Part shown: positions 15,099 through 23,492 of the stretch, piece after piece
Layout of the letters: each line of letters begins with the position of its first letter
How positions within the stretch are numbered: position 1 is the stretch's first letter
Assembly (NCBI GenBank): GCA_026395105.1
Contig: JAPLZH010000005.1
Coordinates: forward strand, 1 to 37,297
DNA length: 37,297 nt
Source of the DNA: Candidatus Tayloriibacteriota bacterium
Lineage (GTDB): Bacteria; Patescibacteriota; Minisyncoccia; Phycocordibacterales; PALSA-1337
Reading direction: 5' to 3'
The notes under the pieces: generated by a model
Told to the model about the DNA's origin: nothing
Database searches by the model: none
What the model saw: the letters and a program-made list of their open reading frames with translations, nothing else
Position numbers and translations under genes: made by a program

Positions 15099-16364
15099 CT
15101 ACTTCTTTAGATTGCTTAATAAGGTCTTTGCTTTTGCTATCTCTGTGTCAGCGTATGTAACAACCTCGTTTTTTGAGTTTGGGCTAAGATTAGTCTCCTG
15201 GCTAATTAGTGTCTTTTGTGACTCCATTTTGTCTATTAGTTTCTGTATATCTCTCGCTTTTTCGGTTGCACCATATGCGTATTGCGCGGTAGCACCGACT
15301 CCACCAACAGAAAGATTGTTTTTTACATCAGGTTTCTCATATATATATTGTGTAGCAGAAGACCATCCATATAGCTGAACCTGGTTTTTTGTAACTGTTT
15401 TTTCGTCAGCAATTATTTTTAATAATTCAGTTTCATTTGATCGTCCTATTGCGTCAATTTTTAAATCCTCAAACTTTTTGTTTATTGATGAGATCATTTT
15501 TTCATCCAAAAGTGTTTTTTCTCCAACCAACACCTTTTCTTTTTCCATAGCAACGTCTTTGTCGTACGAAGTTGAGTCTTTGTTTACAGCCAAGTGCGCC
15601 GCCTCTAGGCCACGCATTACATCCTCAGAAAAACTTTGTGACTTAACCAACGCCGCCTTTTTTTCTACCAAAGACTTTTCTGCGTTCGGTATACTTTCGT
15701 TTTCTAGGGTAATTTTTTCTTCATCACTTATTAGTGGGTCATTTAATCTTTCTTGATAATCATATATTTGATTTTGGACATCAGTAAGTTCGTTTCTAAT
15801 TTGTGCTCGGTTTACATATTCTCCAGTTAGTGTTTTTCTAAGATTTGCTTCTGCTTGTGTGTTTATTATTAGCGCGAAGGCAGAGGTTGTGTCTACCTTC
15901 ACTCTGTCTAGGCTGGTGTTAAACTCCACATACCGCGGGTCTATGGTGTAGAGAATGATATATGAGGCGAGGGTAAGAAGAAGGCCGATGAGGGCGTTTT
16001 GAATAATTTTCTTTCCTTCGGTTTTCGCTGGGATAAGGTCTGTCGTGGCGTATGTAAATCCTCCATAAAAAACCATAATAACAGCTAGAACGACGGCTAT
16101 TCCGACGGCCAGCTTAAACATATAGTTAATATAGTAAGCTAAGTTTGGAATAGTTTTCTGCTGGCCAGTACAACCTGGGCCAGAAACACACGGTAGTGGT
16201 TCCAGAAGAGTATAGGTAATATCTTTTACTGGACGAACTCCAAGATCTACCCCACCTGTGAGGGTGCCAGCGGTCGTCGTCGCAAAGACGAGCGGAACAA
16301 AGGAGAAAAGACAGACGAAAACGGTTATGGCGGAAAAGATAATTTTTTTAATTTGAATTTTCAT
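15099..16364 (-). CDS. T4SS pilin-like (VirB2/TrbC-like, CPR type) domain fused to a ~270-aa helical/coiled-coil region
   Basis: 421 aa. Signal peptide (..PLVFA/TTT), LLEPLP motif, two hydrophobic helices (LAVGIAVVLAVIMVFYGGFTY; ALIGLLLTLASYIILYTIDP) typical of T4SS pilin-like proteins, then a K/E/L-rich heptad-like region running to the C-terminus. Confidence 0.6.
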   Translation of the reverse strand: MKIQIKKIIFSAITVFVCLFSFVPLVFATTTAGTLTGGVDLGVRPVKDITYTLLEPLPCVSGPGCTGQQKTIPNLAYYINYMFKLAVGIAVVLAVIMVFYGGFTYATTDLIPAKTEGKKIIQNALIGLLLTLASYIILYTIDPRYVEFNTSLDRVKVDTTSAFALIINTQAEANLRKTLTGEYVNRAQIRNELTDVQNQIYDYQERLNDPLISDEEKITLENESIPNAEKSLVEKKAALVKSQSFSEDVMRGLEAAHLAVNKDSTSYDKDVAMEKEKVLVGEKTLLDEKMISSINKKFEDLKIDAIGRSNETELLKIIADEKTVTKNQVQLYGWSSATQYIYEKPDVKNNLSVGGVGATAQYAYGATEKARDIQKLIDKMESQKTLISQETNLSPNSKNEVVTYADTEIAKAKTLLSNLKK

Positions 16365-17391
16365 TTGTTATAGAAAAGTTTATTACTGAAGAATTTTCGG
16401 CTTTTTGTAAGATATGCAAAGGGGTCGTGACTTCTGAATATATGGTAGATGCCCCACTCACACCAGACTTCGGTCTTAGAACGACGCTGTTTTTCCCCGC
16501 GAGCTCAGGATATTCTGTTCCGCCGATTAGCCAAATATAATTCATCTTACTCGTCAAAACGTCCTTTTTTGTGAAGTTGTAGGGTGTAGCTAAAACTTCT
16601 ATCTCATTATTCGTCATGGTATATGGAGAAGTAATGGCTTTATTCCAAAGCGTTCCGAAAAGAGGATTCTTTTCATAAAAGACGACCTGCGGATCTTCTG
16701 GTTCTAGATTTATTCCCATTTGCCCGACCATTTCATTCTCAGGAGAAACTACAGTTACGGTTATAAAAGCAGATTTTTGTAAAACATCCCCAGGAAGAGA
16801 TAATCTCTGCTTCCCTCTTCCGGAATCATCCCCTAATACATTTGAATCTTTTTTCCATGTGTAAACTAAATCTTTCGGATTAAGGACTTTTCCACTCTTT
16901 GTCTTAAAATACGGCTGTGCTACTACATATACTGTACCCTGATATGTATAATGCGAAAGTCCTTTATAAAGAGGTGGAACATAGCCATCTGTTTCCCAAA
17001 GAAGGTCTATTTGTGTCGGATTTATGGAGAGTGTTTTTGAAATAATATCACCCGCTGTGCTTTTAATAAGAGCCTTAATTTCTGTCGTCGTTCCCGTATT
17101 ACCGAGAGTCACATTTATAGTTTTTAGTCCGACAGCTTTACTGACGACTTTTTCATTAACGAGCCATGTTATCTCAGAACTGTCTAAGTCCACATTATGA
17201 CTGTCTATAGTTATATCAACCTTACTATTCGGGGTGGGATATGCAGGGTTAGATATCATCTCTATATTTCCTTTAACATAGGCCGGAAGAACACCGCCGA
17301 CTGTTAGCTGGGCGGATGCGTATGAATAAAGGAAAAAGAAAGAAAATATAATAACTGTAGAGAAAAATGTGGCGCGAAATGTTTGCCTCAT
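16348..17391 (-). CDS. Secreted protein with three tandem beta-sandwich-like repeats
   Basis: 347 aa. Signal peptide (..SYASA/Q). Three ~100-aa segments each carry an aromatic-x-W motif (EITWLVNEKVV, LVYTWKKDSNVL, MNYIWLIGGTEY). Overlaps the next gene by 17 nt. Confidence 0.65.
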   Translation of the reverse strand: MRQTFRATFFSTVIIFSFFFLYSYASAQLTVGGVLPAYVKGNIEMISNPAYPTPNSKVDITIDSHNVDLDSSEITWLVNEKVVSKAVGLKTINVTLGNTGTTTEIKALIKSTAGDIISKTLSINPTQIDLLWETDGYVPPLYKGLSHYTYQGTVYVVAQPYFKTKSGKVLNPKDLVYTWKKDSNVLGDDSGRGKQRLSLPGDVLQKSAFITVTVVSPENEMVGQMGINLEPEDPQVVFYEKNPLFGTLWNKAITSPYTMTNNEIEVLATPYNFTKKDVLTSKMNYIWLIGGTEYPELAGKNSVVLRPKSGVSGASTIYSEVTTPLHILQKAENSSVINFSITNENSN

Positions 17392-17421
17392 GACGCCTAT
17401 TTTAACATATTTATTAATAAC

Positions 17422-17970
17422 TTATCCAAGTTTTGAGGGGACAGCCATTTCATCAGACGGTTCCTGAGGGTTTTGTATATTCCCCCTCTTTAAACTTTTT
17501 ACAAAAGGGCTATTTTCTACGCCATATGATTTAAATTCTGGGGCGACGCGTGATCTTATCTGATCCACACTCATCGGCTTTTGAGGAATGGGGTTTCTCG
17601 TCTTTAGTCTTATGCTTTTAGCACCCGCTGGATTAATAGCTGCTACTACATTTATTCCAGTTTTATCTTCCACTCTGACCATGAAGAGAATGGCTAGCAT
17701 TGCGGCCGTATTAAAGGGAATTTCTTGTATTAATGGAATGATTTTCGCTATAACGTCTATAATCACGACAGCCACCCTTTTCCCGCTAATTATCCCGAGC
17801 CCTTTAAGGTAAAAATATATTCCGTAAATAACCGCAGCGACCACCTCTACTAGCCCGCCCACCACAGGCAGGAAAAAAGTGATTATGTCTAGAATAATCG
17901 CTGAAAGCACTAAAAAAACACTGGTTGTTGTACTTATTCTGTATTTCGTTTTGTCTTTTTGTTTATCCAT
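17422..17970 (-). CDS. Small polytopic membrane protein with a basic/disordered C-tail
   Basis: 182 aa with 3-4 hydrophobic helices. The start overlaps the VirB4 stop by 8 nt. Confidence 0.6.
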   Translation of the reverse strand: MDKQKDKTKYRISTTTSVFLVLSAIILDIITFFLPVVGGLVEVVAAVIYGIYFYLKGLGIISGKRVAVVIIDVIAKIIPLIQEIPFNTAAMLAILFMVRVEDKTGINVVAAINPAGAKSIRLKTRNPIPQKPMSVDQIRSRVAPEFKSYGVENSPFVKSLKRGNIQNPQEPSDEMAVPSKLG

Positions 17971-19777
17971 TTGCCGCTTCTAAATCTTTCTTTGCCTGCT
18001 TTATGGCTAGAACTTGCTGAGGGTTAGTAGTGATGATTTGATCCTCTGTGTATGAAGCCATAACTTTTAAGGCTACATGCTTCATTCCGACGAAGAATAT
18101 TCCCTCCCCCACATCTGATTCTAAGAGTAAATACTTTTCTTCATCAGTGAGGTTAAATGTTTGCTGAATTTTATCTATGGAAGACGGAGACTGTTTCAAA
18201 AGAATTTGAATAGAAGAGTTCGTGATAATCGGCAAACCGTAAGGAGAGTTTAAAAAGTCATCCACGTCCTGGGTGATCGTCGCTAATCCTAAATAATATT
18301 TTCTTCCACGCTTTGCTAAGCTGAGTAAAAATGATGCGGTGTCTTCTGATTTCATCATAAACCAAGCCTCATCTATTACTAGCAGGCGCTTCTTTAAATT
18401 CTTTCGTACAGCGCTCCAAATATGGTGTGTGACTATGTACATAGCCACAGGTTTTAATTCCTCCTCCATATCTCGAAGGGAGAAAACCACGAATTTTTTA
18501 TCTATATCCACATTCGTCGGTCTATTTATGAATCCAGACCAAGTACCCCTCGTGTATTTAGAAAGTCTCTGAACGAGTGAATCTCCTCCATCCATTCCGG
18601 CTAAAACTAATTCGAAGTCAGATAATAGAGGTGGCTCTGTATTTGAGAAATCTGATTCCGGCGTGATGTCTTTAAGGGCATATGTTTCTGAAATAGCACG
18701 GTCGACTATAGCGTCCTCTGTTTGAGAAAGTCCACCTAACATTATTCGGAAAAGCCCGACGAGGCTCACTATATGTGATCTTAAAACATCTGCCCTAGAT
18801 TCATCTTCTCTAGCGGCGGGCAGATCGAATGGATTAATGTGATGCTCCGAAGCGAGTGATATATTAAAGTACTTCCCTCCTGTAGCCTCGGCCATATATT
18901 CATATTCTTTTTCTGGGTCGATTACTATAACATCTGTATCGAACATGAGCGTGCGTAGAATTTCTAGCTTCGTGGCATAAGATTTTCCAGAACCCGCTTT
19001 TGCAAAAGTGACGGAGTTATAGTTTTCTAGAAGGAATCTATCGAAAAGCACTAGGCTAGAATTATGTCTATTTACTCCATAAAGAATTCCCTTATCTGAC
19101 GTGAGGTCAAATGATACGAATGGGAAAAGGCTAGAAAGAGGCGAAGAATTAAGCTTAGAATGCACCATTAATTCATCATTCGCGAGAGGAAGAATGCTCT
19201 TATAGCCCTGTTCCTGCTGGAACAGGGCGGGTTTTATATATATTAATTTCGACTCCAAAATAGACTTTATTTCCGACTCTATTTTATCTAATTCATTTTC
19301 AGTATTTCCGTATATTGTAATGTATACACCGACATCGAATATCTTTTCCTGGGCCTGCATTAACTGATCTCTTAAGCCTTCTAGGTCCTGATAAGCCGTG
19401 TCTAGAACTGGATCACGCACGAGCCCCTTCTCTTCCCTAGACTGTATCTGGCTTTGCACTTCAGCTACTTTTTTCTGGAAGTGGCGGAGAATTTTCGCTG
19501 TGTCTATGGGGTGAACGAATATGGAAATATTAAAAACTTTGTCCAGATTAATGATGGGTGCGAACCAGCTGTCAGTAAGAAAGCGAGGATAAGAGATGAC
19601 GAAGAATGTTCGGGCCATCTTTTCTCCTAGATTTATTTCTTTCGGACTTATTTTAAGAGCTGATGGGGCGATGATATCTTTTAGCTCTAAAACTCCAGCC
19701 TCATAAATTTCCTGAGGAAGAAGTGATGTTATTTGTGGCGCTTTATTCCCGCCGAATAATTTTGAAAAAATTCCCAT
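17963..19777 (-). CDS. virB4: VirB4/TrbE-family type IV secretion ATPase
   Basis: 604 aa. VirB4-type N-domain (RTFFVISYPRFLTDSWFAPI), Walker A FAKAGSGKSY, Walker B RLLVIDEAWFMM, downstream GLATITQDVDDF. Confidence 0.88.
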   Translation of the reverse strand: MGIFSKLFGGNKAPQITSLLPQEIYEAGVLELKDIIAPSALKISPKEINLGEKMARTFFVISYPRFLTDSWFAPIINLDKVFNISIFVHPIDTAKILRHFQKKVAEVQSQIQSREEKGLVRDPVLDTAYQDLEGLRDQLMQAQEKIFDVGVYITIYGNTENELDKIESEIKSILESKLIYIKPALFQQEQGYKSILPLANDELMVHSKLNSSPLSSLFPFVSFDLTSDKGILYGVNRHNSSLVLFDRFLLENYNSVTFAKAGSGKSYATKLEILRTLMFDTDVIVIDPEKEYEYMAEATGGKYFNISLASEHHINPFDLPAAREDESRADVLRSHIVSLVGLFRIMLGGLSQTEDAIVDRAISETYALKDITPESDFSNTEPPLLSDFELVLAGMDGGDSLVQRLSKYTRGTWSGFINRPTNVDIDKKFVVFSLRDMEEELKPVAMYIVTHHIWSAVRKNLKKRLLVIDEAWFMMKSEDTASFLLSLAKRGRKYYLGLATITQDVDDFLNSPYGLPIITNSSIQILLKQSPSSIDKIQQTFNLTDEEKYLLLESDVGEGIFFVGMKHVALKVMASYTEDQIITTNPQQVLAIKQAKKDLEAANG

Positions 19778-19781
19778 AATT

Positions 19782-20414
19782 TTATGTTATTTGAATCGGC
19801 TTTTCCACATCCCCTGGATTAAATATCTTATAAAACAGCTCGACGATTTCCTCAGTACCTAGCGGAACGACTCTGATTCCTGAGCGAATAAGTCCCTGCT
19901 CCACCACACTCACCCTCTGGTCTAGCTGACTTCTATTTTCTTCGAAGTCTTCCGTCTTTGATACCGCAGAATCTCTTCTATTTAAAATATTCGTGATCGG
20001 ATTTCCTTTTGTCTTAATGAGAGTCGGAGAATATGGAATGACTATAAAGAAACTCTTATTCATAATATTCGTCTGCTCAGTGAAAGTGCGAATAAATTCT
20101 ATATATTCCCTCGTCTGTATTTTCATAAGTTCACTTAGCTGTTCTTTGTATCTATCCTCTAAAAGATTAAGATAGGGCCTGATATCTAGGCGCTTTGACT
20201 GTATGAAAAACTGAACTGAGAAATCCAGAGAGTTTAAAAAGTTCTGAAACTGCATGATGATAGCGTTCTGTTCATCTCCTGATTTTAAGGCAAAGTTAAG
20301 GGAGGAGGCCATGATGATAGCGCGCATTCCCCCGTCTTTAAGTATAACGACGCCGTCACGGACTTCTTTGATGGGGACGAAATCTTGAGTTGTGTTTTGT
20401 GAAGGAGCTAACAT
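19782..20414 (-). CDS. Soluble protein resembling the N-terminal domain of Gram-positive-type VirB4 (TcpF/Orf16-like), with no ATPase domain
   Basis: 210 aa. TQDFVPIKEVRDGVVILKDGGMRAIIMASSLNFALKSGDEQNAIIMQFQNFLNSLDFSVQFFIQS follows the pattern I recall at the start of monoderm VirB4 proteins. No Walker motifs. Confidence 0.55.
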   Translation of the reverse strand: MLAPSQNTTQDFVPIKEVRDGVVILKDGGMRAIIMASSLNFALKSGDEQNAIIMQFQNFLNSLDFSVQFFIQSKRLDIRPYLNLLEDRYKEQLSELMKIQTREYIEFIRTFTEQTNIMNKSFFIVIPYSPTLIKTKGNPITNILNRRDSAVSKTEDFEENRSQLDQRVSVVEQGLIRSGIRVVPLGTEEIVELFYKIFNPGDVEKPIQIT

Positions 20415-20860
20415 TATCTTTGATTTTTATTTGAATAAATACTTTCGTGAATATCTAGGCTCCACGCTAAATCTTTTAATTTACTTTCAGAAAGTTTCGG
20501 CACAGATAGTCTGGTTAGGGCGCTAGCATCTTCTTTCATTTCGGCATTTGTTTTTTTACCTAATTCTTTTGCAGTCAGTTCAGTCTTTTTCCACAGATAA
20601 AGTTTTTTATGAATGGCGTAAGTAAAAGCAGATTCTACCATATTTATAAAAGGCTTATTATTTACTTTATAGAAAGACAGAGCTAGAACAAAGGCCACCA
20701 CGACTAATATGATTGGGATGGCGAGCATTGTATACGGAATAACGCGGTAAATTATAAAGGAAAGACCGGCCCCACCAGCAATGTATACGAACTGCTTTAG
20801 TGTGAATGGGCCGAAGATTTTATCTTCAACTTCTATGAACTGAGGGACTTGAAAGTTCAT
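20414..20860 (-). CDS. PrgI/VirB3-like small membrane protein
   Basis: 148 aa. N-terminal VPQFIEVEDKIFGPFTLKQF followed by two TM helices, as in the PrgI family. Sits two genes upstream of VirB4. Its stop overlaps the next ATG (TAATG). Confidence 0.6.
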   Translation of the reverse strand: MNFQVPQFIEVEDKIFGPFTLKQFVYIAGGAGLSFIIYRVIPYTMLAIPIILVVVAFVLALSFYKVNNKPFINMVESAFTYAIHKKLYLWKKTELTAKELGKKTNAEMKEDASALTRLSVPKLSESKLKDLAWSLDIHESIYSNKNQR

Positions 20861-20874
20861 GCGTATATTTTACG

Positions 20875-21396
20875 CTATTTTATCGGTTCACGGTAGGGGT
20901 CAGACGTGTATGAATTCTGTGGAGGAGGAACATCTATCTTTTTCACTGTAGTTAGGGTGCCCTGAAGGCCCTGATCGAGGAGATTTGGGACATTTGGGAC
21001 GGATGAGAGGGTGGAAGATGTGGTGGGTGCCGACGGAATTACCAGGGAAGATTCCTGTGTTGTTTGTGGGGATGTGTTTATTTGTGCTGGATTTTCATTA
21101 GTATTTTGATTTTCTAGACTAGAGCGCATCTTTTCCCTAAGAGGCATGAGAACTTCGGTGTTAAATGTATTTACGAGCTCCCCCGCTAGTTTTTCGTCTA
21201 TTTCTAAATTACCTGCGACCTCTCCGATTAGACGATCCCTTTTAATATTTCCAAAAAGAAAAGATTTGACGATACCGACGAACTGCCCCACCTGATCTAT
21301 GTGTAAGGAATACTTTGTAGGAATAGATGCTATCTTATCATCGAAATCTACAGAGTTAATATATTCTTTTATTTCTGGTGAGATATTATTTTCCAT
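20875..21396 (-). CDS. Hypothetical soluble protein with a Ser/Thr/Pro/Gln-rich disordered C-terminus
   Basis: 173-aa ORF inside the operon with no TM segment or signal peptide. No recognisable motifs. Confidence 0.55.
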   Translation of the reverse strand: MENNISPEIKEYINSVDFDDKIASIPTKYSLHIDQVGQFVGIVKSFLFGNIKRDRLIGEVAGNLEIDEKLAGELVNTFNTEVLMPLREKMRSSLENQNTNENPAQINTSPQTTQESSLVIPSAPTTSSTLSSVPNVPNLLDQGLQGTLTTVKKIDVPPPQNSYTSDPYREPIK

Positions 21397-21445
21397 TTTT
21401 TATATTTTAACTACTACTTGTGCTTGTTACTGCCACCTTTGGTTC

Positions 21446-23476
21446 TTATGGTAAATTGAAATCTTTTCTATTCTTGTTTATATATGCACCAGCTGACGGG
21501 CCCTTTCCTGCTTTATGTTCGGATAGTATTTTTTTGGCCAGTGCAGTCGTCAATTTTACATTAGTATTATTTTCTTGGAGTTTCTTAATCTGAGATCCTG
21601 TAAGAATATTTGCCGCCTCCGTACCCATCAAAGCACTCTTATCTATATTTTCTTCATTACCTTTTCCTGCACTAGCTTCGTGGATTGCCATTAGGTCTTC
21701 TGTATCAAGCTTGGTGAAGTTACTCTTTGTTTTACTATCCATATGCTCCTTTTCTCCCAAAGCTTTTACAAAGCCATTATGCCTTGCTCCTATTAATTTA
21801 TCATAATCCTCCTGCTTAACTTCACCGGCCTGTAACTTCTTTTCTACCGCATCATAATAAGACTGAGGTAACATAGCAGCGATGGTCTCACCCTTCTCCT
21901 TATTTTCTTTGAGAATGTCTTTTACACCGATATTCTGTATTTCTGCAGGGGACATTTTATTAAGTTTGTCAGCAAGATCATTTTTTGACTCAGCGCTATC
22001 TTTATTAAACTTTTTAAGTGATTCGCCTAGGGCTGCTTCATTTGATAATTCAATTCCTTTTTTAGCAATGTCTTTTGATGTTTTTGATTCGCTTTCAGCT
22101 AATTTTCCTAGAGTGCTACCCTGAATTGCCTGTGTTGTCATGGCCCTAAATGCACGGCCCGTTCTACTATTACCAAGCGCGGTATTTCCCCACTTCTTGT
22201 CTGTTGCCTCTACGCTTTTTCCGAACTTCTCGACTGCCCACCTACCACCCATCTGGTAAGCTCCTGCCTTCGCCATACTCCACGGATTAAGTTTGTCCTG
22301 TGCCCAGCCGGTTCCTTTTTCTGCCCAGGAGGTAACGGCTTTCGCCCCTTCTATTCCAGAATCCTTCGCTGCTTTTAATGCGGCTAAGAATAATGATAAA
22401 AGTATGAAGTAGTTTATGAGTATTCCGATAGCGCTCTGCCCAGGATTCGCGAGGAAACTTCCGAAAGTACTTACTGCCTGCTGGCTAGCTAAAGCGCTAG
22501 TCGCCCCGGAAGATGCGGAGATGGTATTTGCTATATGTGCTATTTCTGATTCTGTGGCATTCGCTGACGGCTCTAATATTTTAAGGGCTATGTAGATAAT
22601 AGCTAAGAATATAGGTGCAAAAGTGGCCTGAGAGATAAACTGCTTCCAGTATTTTCCACCTTCTGATCCTAAATGATCACTGAGAACTGGTATTTTAATG
22701 AAGGAAAAGGCAAAGAGAGGAGATATGGCGAGGAATATTATGAGCTGTATCGTTCGGAGTAACATGAGCACAGCACCAGCAGCGAAAACTATTCCCGCGA
22801 CGACCATTATTATTCCAGAGACAGCAGCCTGTACGAAAAATGTAATAGGGTTCGCTAATTTATCCTTCGTAATTCCTTTGTACACTGACGGAAGCTTCAT
22901 TCCATTCATGAATACATCAGAGAGGCCACCGTCTAGTCCTGCGGAGCTACCCAGACTAACTTCTGCTGTCCTGTCCGGAATTATCGCATCATAGATACCG
23001 ATAGCCACCACATTCGTAGCATCGATAATAGTCTTTGTTATAAATAAACTGAAGTTTATAAATAATCCGGCGAAGACTATGCTTACCACTAACTTTTTTA
23101 CGCTTGATGAATCACCCTTCCCTACTATTGTGGCTATAGAAACATAGAGTAGGATGAAAATAAAGAATATGCTTGAAAAATCTCTAAGCACAGTCCAGAC
23201 TACATTAATTCCTGGAACACCAGCGACGATCTTTGATATTTGTAAAGTTAGAGAAATCGCTACGTTTAAGGCTAAACCTCCGACGACCACAGTGTATGAG
23301 CAAATGGTTTGGAATGCGCTACCGAGTACGTATAAGATTTGATCAACGACAAAGATGAAACCATCCGCCACTAAACCTCCTCCATTTTGTGCAAAGGAAA
23401 TGTGTGGCAAAAGTAAAGCTGAAAGAGCTGTTATGCTAAGGAGTGTGAAGAGTTTTGTGGTTAGTCTCTTTTTCAT
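21446..23476 (-). CDS. VirB6/TrbL-like polytopic membrane protein with a ~300-aa hydrophilic C-terminal domain
   Basis: 676 aa. Signal peptide (..HISFA/Q), at least 6 hydrophobic helices across residues ~35-370, then a K/E/A-rich soluble region. Assigned from topology and operon position, not from a motif. Confidence 0.5.
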   Translation of the reverse strand: MKKRLTTKLFTLLSITALSALLLPHISFAQNGGGLVADGFIFVVDQILYVLGSAFQTICSYTVVVGGLALNVAISLTLQISKIVAGVPGINVVWTVLRDFSSIFFIFILLYVSIATIVGKGDSSSVKKLVVSIVFAGLFINFSLFITKTIIDATNVVAIGIYDAIIPDRTAEVSLGSSAGLDGGLSDVFMNGMKLPSVYKGITKDKLANPITFFVQAAVSGIIMVVAGIVFAAGAVLMLLRTIQLIIFLAISPLFAFSFIKIPVLSDHLGSEGGKYWKQFISQATFAPIFLAIIYIALKILEPSANATESEIAHIANTISASSGATSALASQQAVSTFGSFLANPGQSAIGILINYFILLSLFLAALKAAKDSGIEGAKAVTSWAEKGTGWAQDKLNPWSMAKAGAYQMGGRWAVEKFGKSVEATDKKWGNTALGNSRTGRAFRAMTTQAIQGSTLGKLAESESKTSKDIAKKGIELSNEAALGESLKKFNKDSAESKNDLADKLNKMSPAEIQNIGVKDILKENKEKGETIAAMLPQSYYDAVEKKLQAGEVKQEDYDKLIGARHNGFVKALGEKEHMDSKTKSNFTKLDTEDLMAIHEASAGKGNEENIDKSALMGTEAANILTGSQIKKLQENNTNVKLTTALAKKILSEHKAGKGPSAGAYINKNRKDFNLP

Positions 23477-23492
23477 TAGTTATATAAGTATA

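Noticed and set aside
14406-15756. Plus-strand ORFs (14406-14663, 14721-15029, 15112-15378, 15478-15756) and similar antisense ORFs elsewhere (244-450, 898-1137, 17588-17812, 21882-22124, 22698-22994, 24592-24858, 34048-35163)
   Set aside because: They are antisense shadows inside long, well-supported minus- or plus-strand genes. None has independent signals.
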